Positions 27,051-35,920 of a DNA stretch of 64,000 nucleotides are shown one piece after another. How positions within the stretch are numbered: the stretch's first letter is position 1; each line of letters starts with the position of its first letter. Below the pieces are notes generated by a model that was not told the DNA's origin, made no database searches, and saw only the letters and a program-made list of their open reading frames with translations. The position numbers were made by a program, and so were the translations under genes. The stretch covers positions 46,163 through 110,162 of the forward strand of contig JAJZWV010000002.1 of the NCBI GenBank assembly GCA_021846505.1, read 5' to 3'. The stretch comes from Bacillota bacterium. Its GTDB lineage: Bacteria; Bacillota; Sulfobacillia; Sulfobacillales; JAIMBI01.

Positions 27051-29765
27051 CTATCGGCGCTTCTGGCCCGGAGAACCCGCGTCCACCACAAACCGATAGC
27101 GCCCGGATCCCACCCGGCAGTGCACCGCCGCCCCCCCGAAGGCCAACACCTCCACGCCGGGCGCCTGGGCCAGCGGCCGCCGGCTTTCCCAGGCCGCCTG
27201 GCCCGGTGCCAGCGGCAGGCGCACGGTGGCGGTGGTGGACGGCGGCACACGCAAGCCCAGCACCAGGCGGCCGCTGGCCCGCTGGGTCCACCGCACCCGC
27301 ACCGAGCCGGCCGGGGTCGCACAGGTGGCCGACACCCACCCCATGGTGGGGTCAGGGACGGGCGCCACCACCACCGACTGCAGGCCGGGGTCCGCGGGGT
27401 CAGGCCGCACGCCCGCCACCCAGCCAAACAGCCAGGCCCCCACCGATCCCAAGGCGTAGTGGTTGAACGAGTTCATCTCGGGGTTTTGGAACCCCCGGTC
27501 TGGTGTCCACCCGTCCCACCGCTCCCACATGCTGGTGGCGCCGTGGCGAATCATGTAGCCCCACGACGGATAGGTCGTCTGAGCCAGCAGCTGGTGCGCC
27601 ACCTGGCCCAGCCCCGCGTCACTCAGCACCGGGAGCAAAAACGCGGTGCCGGCAAACCCGGTGGACAGGTGGCCGCCGCGCGCCGCGATGTCATCCGCCA
27701 GCTGCCGCGCGATGCCCGGGCGCGCCGCCTCGGGCGCCAGCTGCATGTGCAGGGTGAGCACGGCCGCCGTCTGGGTGGGGTGCAGCAGCTGGCCGCTGGC
27801 GGGGTCCAAAAACGCCTGCTGGTATGCCTCGCGAATGTGCTGCCAGAGCGCCTGATAGCTTGCGGCGTCGGCCTCCCGCCCGAGCCGGCTGGCCATCGCC
27901 GCCAGCTGGCGGACATCTTCGGCGTAGTACGCGGTGGCCAGCAGCGTGGAGTCGGTGGACGGGTCCACCGCCAGCCAGTCGCCGAAGTCGTTGGCCCGGC
28001 GGTGCCGCCACAGGCCGTCGGGGTTGGCATCGGTGAGATAAGCCACCCAGCGCTGCATGGCCGGGAAATTTTCCGCGAGCATCTGCCGGTCGCCATACCG
28101 CGCATACAGTGCGGCGGGCACCAGCACGCCTGCGTCGCCCCACGCCGGGGCGCCGTCGGCTTCGTCGACAATGCGGGGGGCGACGTCGGGAAAGGCGCCC
28201 GCGGCCGACTGGCTGTCGCGCACAGTTTCCATCCAGCCGCTGAAAAACGCGGCCAGATCCCGGTTGCACAGGGCCGTGTCGGCAAACGCCTGCGCGTCTC
28301 CCAGCCACCCCAGCCGCTCATCGCGCTGCGGGCAGTCGGTGGGCACCGCCACCAAATTGCCACGCTGGCTGGTCACGATGTTCGCCTGCAGCTGATTGGC
28401 CAGCGGAAGGCCGCATCGAAACTGGCCGGCCACTTCGCTGGCGCTTTCCAGCACCAGGGCCGACAGCGCCGGGGGCGCCGCCAGCTCGCCCGCGGCCGTC
28501 ACTTCCACATAGCGAAATCCCCGGTACGCGAACGTGGGGTGAAAGCGCTCCAGGCTCGGCTCGCCGCTCTCTTCCCGAGCGCCCGCCAGCGTGAAGAAGT
28601 CGGTGCACGCCGCCGCCCGGTAGTTGTCGGTATACAGCTGGCCGCTGGCGTCCAGCACTTCCGCACACCGCAGCTGAAGCATAGTGCCGCGGCTCCCCGA
28701 CACCGTGAGGTCGGGCTGGCCCACCAAGTTGCGGCCGAAGTCAAACAGCCAGGCCCCCGGCCGCGGCGACACGGCTGAGATGGGCTCCACCCGCTCGGTG
28801 GCCACCACCCCATCGTCGCGGTCGGCCGTCACCAAAATGGGCGGCGCCTCCCGCGCCACGGCGGGGCGCCACCCGGATAGCGCCAGCGGCGCCTCGCACC
28901 AGTGCGGCACCTCCCGGCGCGCATCGTACGCTTCGCCCATGAGAAAGTCCGAATACAAGATGGGGCCGGAGCGGCCCTGCCACTGGCCATCGGTGCCTAA
29001 GCAGAGATGAGTGCCGTCGGAAAGCTCCACCTCCAGCTGCGCCAAGAGGGCGGGACGGCGCCCATACAGCTGGCGGTGCCCGCCAAATCCCAGGTACCCG
29101 GCGTACCAGCCGTCGCCCAGCAAGAGGCCCAGCACGTTGGCGCCGGCTTTGAGCAGGTTGGTCACGTCATACACCTGATACCGCACCCGCCGCCGATAGT
29201 CGGTCCACCCGGGCGCCAGCCGCTGGCGACCCACGCGCTGGCCATTGACATACGCCTCATACACGCCGAGCGCGGTGGCATACAGGCGGGCGCGCACGGG
29301 GCGAGCCGGCAGCGCCCACGCTCTGCGCAGCAGGGCGGGTGCCGACAGCACTCGGGCGACGGGCGGCGCCGCCTCGGGAAACTCCGATGGACTTTCGGGG
29401 TCGAGCGCGATCCACTGGGCCGTCCAATCGGCTGAGTGCAGGAGCCCCATCTCCCAGGTGGCGGGCGTCGACTCCCGCGACCACTCGCCCTGTTCGTCGC
29501 GCACCTGCACCGTCCAGGCAAACGCCTGGCGCGACCGGGCCTCGGGCCCGCCACACGGCACCACCGGCTCTCGGCCCGGCACTACTCCGGAGTCCCACCA
29601 CAGGCGCTGGCCCGCGGCGGATACCTCCCACACCCGCACGCGATAGGCGGTCTGGCGGCGGCCGCGGCCGGCCCCGCGCAGGCGCCAGCCGAGGCGCGGC
29701 CGCACCGCGTCAATGCCCAGGGGATTTTGGCGATACTCGGTCGCTAGATCGCAAGGCGTGAGCAT
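27051..29765 (-). CDS. Alpha-L-rhamnosidase, GH78
   Basis: About 900 aa with the typical GH78 N-terminus (L.TEYRQNPLGID...PRLGW) and an (alpha/alpha)6 region (PTDCPQRDERLGWLGDAQ). Start is the ATG at 29765. Confidence 0.9.
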   Translation of the reverse strand: MLTPCDLATEYRQNPLGIDAVRPRLGWRLRGAGRGRRQTAYRVRVWEVSAAGQRLWWDSGVVPGREPVVPCGGPEARSRQAFAWTVQVRDEQGEWSRESTPATWEMGLLHSADWTAQWIALDPESPSEFPEAAPPVARVLSAPALLRRAWALPARPVRARLYATALGVYEAYVNGQRVGRQRLAPGWTDYRRRVRYQVYDVTNLLKAGANVLGLLLGDGWYAGYLGFGGHRQLYGRRPALLAQLEVELSDGTHLCLGTDGQWQGRSGPILYSDFLMGEAYDARREVPHWCEAPLALSGWRPAVAREAPPILVTADRDDGVVATERVEPISAVSPRPGAWLFDFGRNLVGQPDLTVSGSRGTMLQLRCAEVLDASGQLYTDNYRAAACTDFFTLAGAREESGEPSLERFHPTFAYRGFRYVEVTAAGELAAPPALSALVLESASEVAGQFRCGLPLANQLQANIVTSQRGNLVAVPTDCPQRDERLGWLGDAQAFADTALCNRDLAAFFSGWMETVRDSQSAAGAFPDVAPRIVDEADGAPAWGDAGVLVPAALYARYGDRQMLAENFPAMQRWVAYLTDANPDGLWRHRRANDFGDWLAVDPSTDSTLLATAYYAEDVRQLAAMASRLGREADAASYQALWQHIREAYQQAFLDPASGQLLHPTQTAAVLTLHMQLAPEAARPGIARQLADDIAARGGHLSTGFAGTAFLLPVLSDAGLGQVAHQLLAQTTYPSWGYMIRHGATSMWERWDGWTPDRGFQNPEMNSFNHYALGSVGAWLFGWVAGVRPDPADPGLQSVVVAPVPDPTMGWVSATCATPAGSVRVRWTQRASGRLVLGLRVPPSTTATVRLPLAPGQAAWESRRPLAQAPGVEVLAFGGAAVHCRVGSGRYRFVVDAGSPGQKRR

Positions 29766-30144
29766 GGCGCCTGCCCCCTCTCTCCGGCTACTCTCTCCCC
29801 GCACCGGGGCTCCAGGCCACGCCCGACGGCATTGCCGCTGATTATCGGCGGGCGGATGCGCCTTGGCAACTGGCGGGCGGTGCTCGTCTGGGCGGCGCCT
29901 TCACCGGCAAACGGCCGCGGGGATATCTCGCGTCCCCTCGCAGCGGGGGCCGCCGGCGCGGGCGTCCGCGCCGGCCTCCATGAATGCTGGGAGAGTCTTC
30001 TCCCACGCGCCCGCCGACACTCTCTTGGGCTAATGCCCGCGTTCCCCAGCAGCACGGGAAAACGCGGACACAACGTCGGGGCGGGGCGCTGCCGTAGACT
30101 GCCTCGCTCCTGGCATAATAAAGGCATGCGAGCTGCAGTCGACC

Positions 30145-30462
30145 TTGTCCCCGATGGCGCGAGCAGAGTTAGGGGAGGAATTGTTGGCCACATTTGATTT
30201 TCCGCGCCGCTCAGCAATTGACACCGCATGGAGTGCAGAGGCAGAGACTCGCCTGGGGGACTTTGAGCGGGGCGACATGCAGACATTTTCTTCCGACGAG
30301 GTATTTCGGCGGCTGCAGGCGCCGTCTATGGGCGGCCAGCGTTCCGCTTGCGTGGCGGCGAATTCAGAGCGATCGCGGCCCCTCGTGCCGACCGCATCCC
30401 TTGATCTGCGAACGGATGGCCGCCGTAGTGTCCGCCGTGCACAGGGATCGGATAGGCGTTGA
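30145..30462 (+). CDS. Addiction-module antitoxin-like ORF (Unstab_antitox/ParD-like) fused by read-through to remnants of its ParE/RelE toxin
   Basis: LGEELLATFD...IDTAWSAEAETRLGDFERGDMQTFSSDEVFRRL matches the 'putative addiction module component' pattern. Another frame downstream carries a toxin-tail-like RPHPLICERMAAVVSAVHRDR, but there is no toxin N-terminus. Confidence 0.55.
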   Translation: MSPMARAELGEELLATFDFPRRSAIDTAWSAEAETRLGDFERGDMQTFSSDEVFRRLQAPSMGGQRSACVAANSERSRPLVPTASLDLRTDGRRSVRRAQGSDRR

Positions 30463-30494
30463 CGTATGACACCGTAGCCCGATCGTGTGCACTA

Positions 30495-30530
30495 GGGGGC
30501 GGGGGGGGGGGGGGGGGGGGGGGAAGGGGG
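30495..30530. repeat. Extreme G homopolymer: G5-C-G23-AA-G5
   Basis: Read directly from the sequence: 30495-30499 G5, 30500 C, 30501-30523 G23, 30524-30525 AA, 30526-30530 G5. That is 33 of 36 nt G. Confidence 0.99.
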
Positions 30531-30623
30531 CCAAATATCGTGGGCCTCCGGACGGGGCCATAGAAGCAAGAGGGGGAAAAACATTTTGCCCGGCGGCAAG
30601 GCAACAGCGTCAGCGAGACGCTG

Positions 30624-30935
30624 GTGGAACTTGTTGAAGAAGGGTTGCGCGCGGCGGAATACCCGCTCGTTCAGTTTCGGGACCGCTCCGTGGGACGAGA
30701 GGCGTATGTGATGGGAACCAGCACGGCGGTGTGGCTTGCGCGCTTCTTCGCCGGTGATGCCGACGCCGTGGCAGCGCACCTGAACTGGCCCTGAGCGAGG
30801 GTCAGGGCGGCGCTGAACGACGGCGCGCGATTTCCGGAGGAGATCCAGGATGCCCTGGAAGATATGGAGCGGGACCCGCGTGACCTCCAGGCGATGCTGC
30901 CGAGCCTGCGCGTGGCTGCGGTCGGCGATGAGTGA
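30624..30935 (+). pseudogene. DUF433-like (antitoxin-like, HTH) gene with an in-frame TGA
   Basis: VQFRDRSVGREAYVMGTSTAVWLARFF...AAHLNWP-TGA(30792-30794)-ARVRAALNDGARFPEEIQDAL. The same frame continues across the stop, and the pattern matches my recollection of DUF433-type proteins paired with DUF5615. Confidence 0.55.
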
Positions 30936-30938
30936 TCG

Positions 30939-31320
30939 GTGAAGTTGCTCTTGGATGAGCACCTGGCGCCAACGCTCGCCGCATCCCTCCGCGCTCAGGG
31001 GATTGATGCTGTTGCGTTGGCGCAGTGGCGCGGCGGCGGTGTGCTAGGGGCGCCGGAGGAGGACCTCCTTCGGGAAGCGATGGTCGAAGGGCGCGTCTTG
31101 GCAACATACGACCGGCGCACGCTCCTGCCTCTTGTTGCGCCGTTGGGCTGAGCATGGGCTACCGCACGGCGGCGTGATTTTAGTCGATGGCCACACGGTG
31201 CCTCCAAACGATATCAAGAGGGTACAGCGCGCACTGGTCAAGCTTGTATGCAACGAGGGAGAGACCCCGTGGGTCGACCGGGTGCTGTACTTAAGGGTCG
31301 CGCCTTCTGACCGCGACTAG
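30939..31320 (+). pseudogene. DUF5615-like (PIN-like putative toxin) gene with a frameshift
   Basis: ORF 30939..31151 (KLLLDEHLAPTLAASLRAQGIDAV...) and ORF 31132..31320 (RRWAEHGLPHGGVILVDGH...) form one domain. The frame switches at about 31125-31140. Confidence 0.65.
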
Positions 31321-31401
31321 ACCTCCCCCTTTGCTTCCCTTCAGTGGTCGAGGGTGGTGCTGAAGCCGATGCCCGGGACCGGGAGTAGGCCCCGAGTCGC
31401 C

Positions 31402-32307
31402 TTAGCCCCAAAGACCCAAGGCCACCACGCCGGCCGCGATCAGCCCGGCGGCGGCTATCCGCCGACGCCCATGGGACTCGCCCAGCACCACAACCCCTAG
31501 CACTGTGCCAAACACCGTCCCAACCGCCCGCATGGGCGCCACCTGCGCGGCGGCTGCCTCGCGAAGGGCCAGCAGGAACAGCAGGTAGGACCCGGGGGCT
31601 AGGATGCCCGCCAATATGATGGTCTGCCGGGTGCGCGCCCATTCCTTTCGCACCACGCCCGAGCGGAGAGCCCACCAGGAGAGCGCTAGCACGTTTGCAA
31701 GGTTGCCTGCGTCGTTTAAGGTGACGGCGGCCACGTACGGGAGTGCCACTTTGTCCAAGAGGGTGTAGCCGGTAATCGCGAGGCCCACGGTGAGCGCTAG
31801 CCGCGCCGCCCTCGGAACGCCAGCCCGTTGGCCGTCGCTAGTCCGCCAGTGCCAGTCGCCCAGCAGCCAGATGCCAGCGACGATGGCACAAATCCCCGCC
31901 CAGCCCAACCCCGACACGGCCTCGCCTAAGACGGCCACCGCCAGGATAGGCACCAACAGCGGGCTCACGCCGCGCATCATGGGGTACACCTGAGACAAGT
32001 CCCCCGCGTCATATGTGCGCGACAGGAAAATGACGTAGATGCCGTGCATGGTGACGGCCGCCGCCAACATCAGCCACCCTCGTCCCGAAATGGGGTGACT
32101 GGCCAGCGCGTAGAGCGCCCAAGGCAGAAACGCCAAAACGGCCACGCACTGAAACAGCCAGAGAAACACCACGGGGTGGGCGCTGCGCTTGGCAAACAGA
32201 TTCCACACGGCATGGAGCAACCCCGACATGGCGACCAGCACAAAGGCCCACGACGACAAAACGAGCCTCCTTTGCGGGAGACTCTTCAGGGGACTGTTCA
32301 TGGCCAC
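31402..32307 (-). CDS. EamA/DMT-superfamily transporter
   Basis: 301 aa with 10 predicted hydrophobic helices in two EamA-like halves. Confidence 0.9.
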   Translation of the reverse strand: MAMNSPLKSLPQRRLVLSSWAFVLVAMSGLLHAVWNLFAKRSAHPVVFLWLFQCVAVLAFLPWALYALASHPISGRGWLMLAAAVTMHGIYVIFLSRTYDAGDLSQVYPMMRGVSPLLVPILAVAVLGEAVSGLGWAGICAIVAGIWLLGDWHWRTSDGQRAGVPRAARLALTVGLAITGYTLLDKVALPYVAAVTLNDAGNLANVLALSWWALRSGVVRKEWARTRQTIILAGILAPGSYLLFLLALREAAAAQVAPMRAVGTVFGTVLGVVVLGESHGRRRIAAAGLIAAGVVALGLWG

Positions 32308-32908
32308 ATGGGCAAAGCCAGCAATAGCCCTGACCTAGTCGCCGCGTGGCACCCGAAACCCTTCTTCCATCCGGACTGTACCGTCGGCACGGGATTCGCA
32401 CCCGTTCATGCCGTCGGGCCCCCGACACGCGGAGCCCCGACGGCTCGTGGGCTTGTCAGCCTCGCTGAATCACCACCGATCGGGAATTGGCCGCTGCAGG
32501 CCGGCCTCACCCTGCCCTGAAGGTCTATGCAGTTGTCAGGTACGCTAGGCCACGGTGGGACCGGTGTCAAGGACACCGCGGGACGCAGTGCGCCACACCA
32601 AAGTGGCCAGCCCTTGACCAGTCTCTCGCTGCGGGCATTCTGACCAGGCAGTCGGTTGGCCGCACGCCCCGGCCTAAGCATTCCCTGACTTTCGAGCAGA
32701 AGATTCTAGTGGCCGAATTTGCAAGCCCTGACGCCCGCCGCCGTGCGGGGCGACAATGGGCCCCCCCTCCTCACAGCGTTCGTCTGGGGCTACGTCATCT
32801 CAGCCCTCTGCGGCCGCCCGGTCGAGAAGGTCCCCGCACCCGCAATTTCGGACCATCTAACGGCAACCTGGGGGCTTGCACCCCTTGTCACAACCATTAG
32901 CCAAACGA

Positions 32909-33352
32909 TCAGATGAGATCATCAAGGGATAAGAGCTCGCACATTCCAGTCTTCGCTTTCCACGCTCTATCATTGCTAATAATCATTGGGCAATGAAACG
33001 CTTGCGCCGTCGCAACCAGCAGGGAGTCGGGCAAGGGGAGCTTCGTCTCCCCTCGTATCCTCGCTCCTAGCCGCGCTACCTCGCGGTTGACGGGAGCTAC
33101 CAGGAGGCCGGGAAACTCGGCGAAAAATGTGTCCAGAATCCGCAGGGCGGCTTCGTCGCGCTCCACTTCCGGGCCAACTCGAAGTTCCGCTTCGGTCACC
33201 ACGGACACCACGCCCTGCACGCTGCCCGAGGCCACTTCCCGAAAGAGGGCTTGAACCGCGCCGCGAAAAACTTCGACGCCGGACAAATAGTAAATAATCA
33301 CGTGGGTGTCTAGTGGCACGCGCTTGCCCGCCAACCGCTCTAGGTCCGCCAT
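32909..33352 (-). CDS. vapC: PIN-domain toxin
   Basis: LDTHVIIYYL (first acidic residue), TEAEL, and LPLPDSLLVATA...ISND, all typical of VapC. It overlaps the antitoxin gene by 13 nt. Confidence 0.85.
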   Translation of the reverse strand: MADLERLAGKRVPLDTHVIIYYLSGVEVFRGAVQALFREVASGSVQGVVSVVTEAELRVGPEVERDEAALRILDTFFAEFPGLLVAPVNREVARLGARIRGETKLPLPDSLLVATAQAFHCPMIISNDRAWKAKTGMCELLSLDDLI

Positions 33353-33579
33353 GAGTCACGCTCTGCTCGGACCCACTGGTCCACTTCGTCCGCAGAGTGA
33401 AACCGACCCGATAGCACACCGGCGAAAAACTCAACGGGATCCTCCGGCACTTTGCGCAACCGCAGTTCGCCGTCCGTCGCATCCATCCAGATCCAGTCAT
33501 GAGGCCCGAGGCCAACCTCCTTGGCCAGTCTGCTTGGCAATGTTATTTGCCGCTTGCTGGATATTCGTATCGCCGGCAT
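33340..33579 (-). CDS. vapB: AbrB/SpoVT-type antitoxin
   Basis: N-terminal swapped-hairpin motif (IRISSKRQITLPSRLAKEVGL) lying immediately upstream of the PIN gene. Confidence 0.8.
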   Translation of the reverse strand: MPAIRISSKRQITLPSRLAKEVGLGPHDWIWMDATDGELRLRKVPEDPVEFFAGVLSGRFHSADEVDQWVRAERDSWRT

Positions 33580-33914
33580 ACGCCTCTGCTCAAGTCGGCC
33601 GCCGAGAGCGTCGCGTGTCTGACATTGTTCAAGACGTCGAATTGGGTAGAGATAGCGCCGGCGGCCTTCCGACAGGGCTTCGGCGGCTTCCGGAACAAAG
33701 CCCTGGAACTAGCCACAGCCAGAAACCGAGGATGGAAGGTCCCTAAGCCTCGGGTGCTCCAGCATCATCGACGGGTCGCAATCGGACAGGATCTTCACCG
33801 GCACGGCGAAGGCGGCGCAAGGCCCCTCCCAAGGCGCGACTCATCCGAGCCACCAAAGACCGCCCCGCCCCAGTGCCTCTGCCGCCCTGCCGTGGCCGAC
33901 CCGCCAAGTCCCGC

Positions 33915-35282
33915 CTACGGCGCGGCGGGATTGACACCGCTGAACGCGATGGCCCACTGGCGCCCGCCATCGGTGGAGCGCCACAGCTCGGCCCGAGATC
34001 CCACATCCACCAGTGCCCACTGGTCGGCCGCGCTCACAAAGTCCAGCTGCTGCACCACGGCCGCACGGCCCAGTTGTGGGCGCAGGACCACGATCCACCG
34101 CAGCAGGGCGTGCGGCCCCCCGCCAAAATACTGCCCGGGCGGCCCGTGCCCCCCCGCGCGGCCCATGCCGGGCTCCAGTGTCGCCCCCGTCCAGGCGTTG
34201 GGTCCCACCGACGTCAGCACAGGCCGAATGCCCCAGGTGCCGAAGGCCGGCGCCCAGGCGGCGCCCCCCGTGCTGGTAGTGAGCACCCGCACGCGGTCCT
34301 GTCCCACGGGCGCCCCGGGGGTGGCGCTCGCGTCCACCCACACGCCACTCAAGCCATAAAACCTGGGCACCCCGACCAGCTGAGCCAGCCCGGCGCCAAA
34401 CGGCACCGCGCGCCACGGGCCCCGGCGGCCGGCTGGGCCCGATATCCACAGGTGGTGGCGGCCGGCGCTTTCCAGCAGCAGGCGGCCCCGGGGCGCGGCA
34501 AACAGGCTGCCCGCGTCCTCGGTCCCGCCCGAAAAGCCCCGCAGCACGCGCTGGGACCACGTCTGCCCCCCATTGTGGGTGCTCCACAGCAAGTCCGGCT
34601 GGGTCGGCCGTGATCCAGCTTTGCCATACCAGCTGCCGGCGACCAGCAGGAAAGCCGTGCCCGCCGGGCCCAGCGCCAGGGCATGGGTGGACAGGCGCCA
34701 GCTCGCCGGCCGGGCCGGGCCGGCAATCTCGGTCCACCGCCAGGTCCGCCCGCCATTCTGGGTGTGGTACACCGCGACCCCCTTGGCGGTGGCGACCGCC
34801 CACCAGGCGTCGGTGGCGGATCGTGCTTCAAACGCGCCCGCGGCGCCGGCGTCTTCAAGCGGGGACACGTTGGTCCAGTGCTGGCCGCCATCGCGGGTGG
34901 CGAGAATCTCCCCCGGCGCGCCCATTGCCCACCCGCGCCCATCGGCTTCCATCCACACGTGCGACAGGCCGCCCGTACTGGCGCGGCCCAGCCCCAGGAC
35001 CAGCCCGGTGCCGGGCCGGCCCACCGTACCCTGCGCGGGCTGGCCCTGGTAGTAGTAGCGGTGAACGAGGGATGGGCCGGCCATCGCGGCCGCCGCCACC
35101 ACCGCGGCCGCGGCCACCCATCCCGCCATGGGAAGGCGCGGCTGCCATGCTGCCCGAGCGGGCGCGCCCAGCTCCCACCGCCGGCGGTCAAAGGCCGCCG
35201 CCGGCGGCGGCGGCAAAGTGACCCCGGCCCGCAGCGCGCCATCCCCCCAGTCTTCGGCTGCGCCCATTTTCTTCCCGCTCAT
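33915..35282 (-). CDS. Membrane-anchored BNR/Ycf48-like beta-propeller protein, probable anti-sigma partner
   Basis: Cytoplasmic N-terminus, one TM (AGWVAAAAVVAAAAMA), then repeated S/T-x-D-G-G-x-T-W motifs (TRDGGQHW, TQNGGRTW, THNGGQTW, STDGGRQW). It overlaps the sigma gene with ATGA. Confidence 0.7.
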   Translation of the reverse strand: MSGKKMGAAEDWGDGALRAGVTLPPPPAAAFDRRRWELGAPARAAWQPRLPMAGWVAAAAVVAAAAMAGPSLVHRYYYQGQPAQGTVGRPGTGLVLGLGRASTGGLSHVWMEADGRGWAMGAPGEILATRDGGQHWTNVSPLEDAGAAGAFEARSATDAWWAVATAKGVAVYHTQNGGRTWRWTEIAGPARPASWRLSTHALALGPAGTAFLLVAGSWYGKAGSRPTQPDLLWSTHNGGQTWSQRVLRGFSGGTEDAGSLFAAPRGRLLLESAGRHHLWISGPAGRRGPWRAVPFGAGLAQLVGVPRFYGLSGVWVDASATPGAPVGQDRVRVLTTSTGGAAWAPAFGTWGIRPVLTSVGPNAWTGATLEPGMGRAGGHGPPGQYFGGGPHALLRWIVVLRPQLGRAAVVQQLDFVSAADQWALVDVGSRAELWRSTDGGRQWAIAFSGVNPAAP

Positions 35283-35875
35283 CGCTCATTCCTCCCGCTG
35301 GTCGGTTGATGGGCCTCTCCCGCACGCCACGCCTCCAGAAATCGGCGGCGCGCTCGAAACAGCCGCCCGCGCACGTTAGCCCGGGTGACGCCCAGCCAGC
35401 GCGCAATGTCCAGTGAGCTCCACCCTTCGTAGTAGAACAGCCACAGCGCGGACCGGTCGGCCGGGCTCATTTTCTCCAGGATGTCCGCCAGGTCCAGCCG
35501 ATCCACCGCCGGCGACTCCCAGTCAGCGCCGGGCGCCCTCACCGCCTCCGCCTGCGCCAGCCGCTCGCGGCGGGTCCGCGCGCGCAGGCGGTCAATCGCC
35601 AGATGCTTCACGATCCGGTAGAGAAACGCCGGCTCGACGATGCGGGCGGGGTGATGGCACTGCCACCGGTACAGGCGCCAGAACGCCTCCTGCACGATGT
35701 CCTGGGCATCCTCTGGGTCCTCCACCAGCACCTGGGCGTATCGCACCAGCCGATCGCCGTACGCCTCCACCCATCGGCTGACCGCTTGCTCCACCTCACT
35801 GCGGCCGCTCCCGCCGGTGACCTTGATGCCCTTCACCTCCCTGGCCAGACGGCCACGGCTATCCTCACCCAACAA
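35279..35875 (-). CDS. ECF-type sigma-70 factor
   Basis: Region 2 ([14 protein letters not shown]) and region 4 ([36 protein letters not shown]). Confidence 0.9.
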   Translation of the reverse strand: MLGEDSRGRLAREVKGIKVTGGSGRSEVEQAVSRWVEAYGDRLVRYAQVLVEDPEDAQDIVQEAFWRLYRWQCHHPARIVEPAFLYRIVKHLAIDRLRARTRRERLAQAEAVRAPGADWESPAVDRLDLADILEKMSPADRSALWLFYYEGWSSLDIARWLGVTRANVRGRLFRARRRFLEAWRAGEAHQPTSGRNER

Positions 35876-35920
35876 ACGATCCTAAGCGCGCAAGTGTTGA
35901 AGGCGGGCTCCGACTTCTCC

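Noticed and set aside
30326-30962. Three minus-strand ORFs with poly-proline runs (PPPPPPPPPP) crossing 30495-30530.
   Set aside because: The poly-Pro is simply the complement of the G23 tract read in all three frames. The flanking sequence has no coding character or RBS.
32308-32908. Identification of the structured spacer as RNase P RNA, tmRNA, SRP RNA, or a cobalamin, TPP, guanidine-I or M-box riboswitch.
   Set aside because: Only isolated word matches were found (GGGCAGGGTGAGG, GGTGCGAATCC, CTGAGA, GGTCCGAAA, GGCCACT). They are in the wrong order or lack the other invariant blocks (e.g. GAGGAAAGTCC...ACAGAACCCGGC, GCCACTG...GGGAAGGC, ACCTGATCTGGATAATGCCAGCG). No family can be claimed without a covariance-model search.
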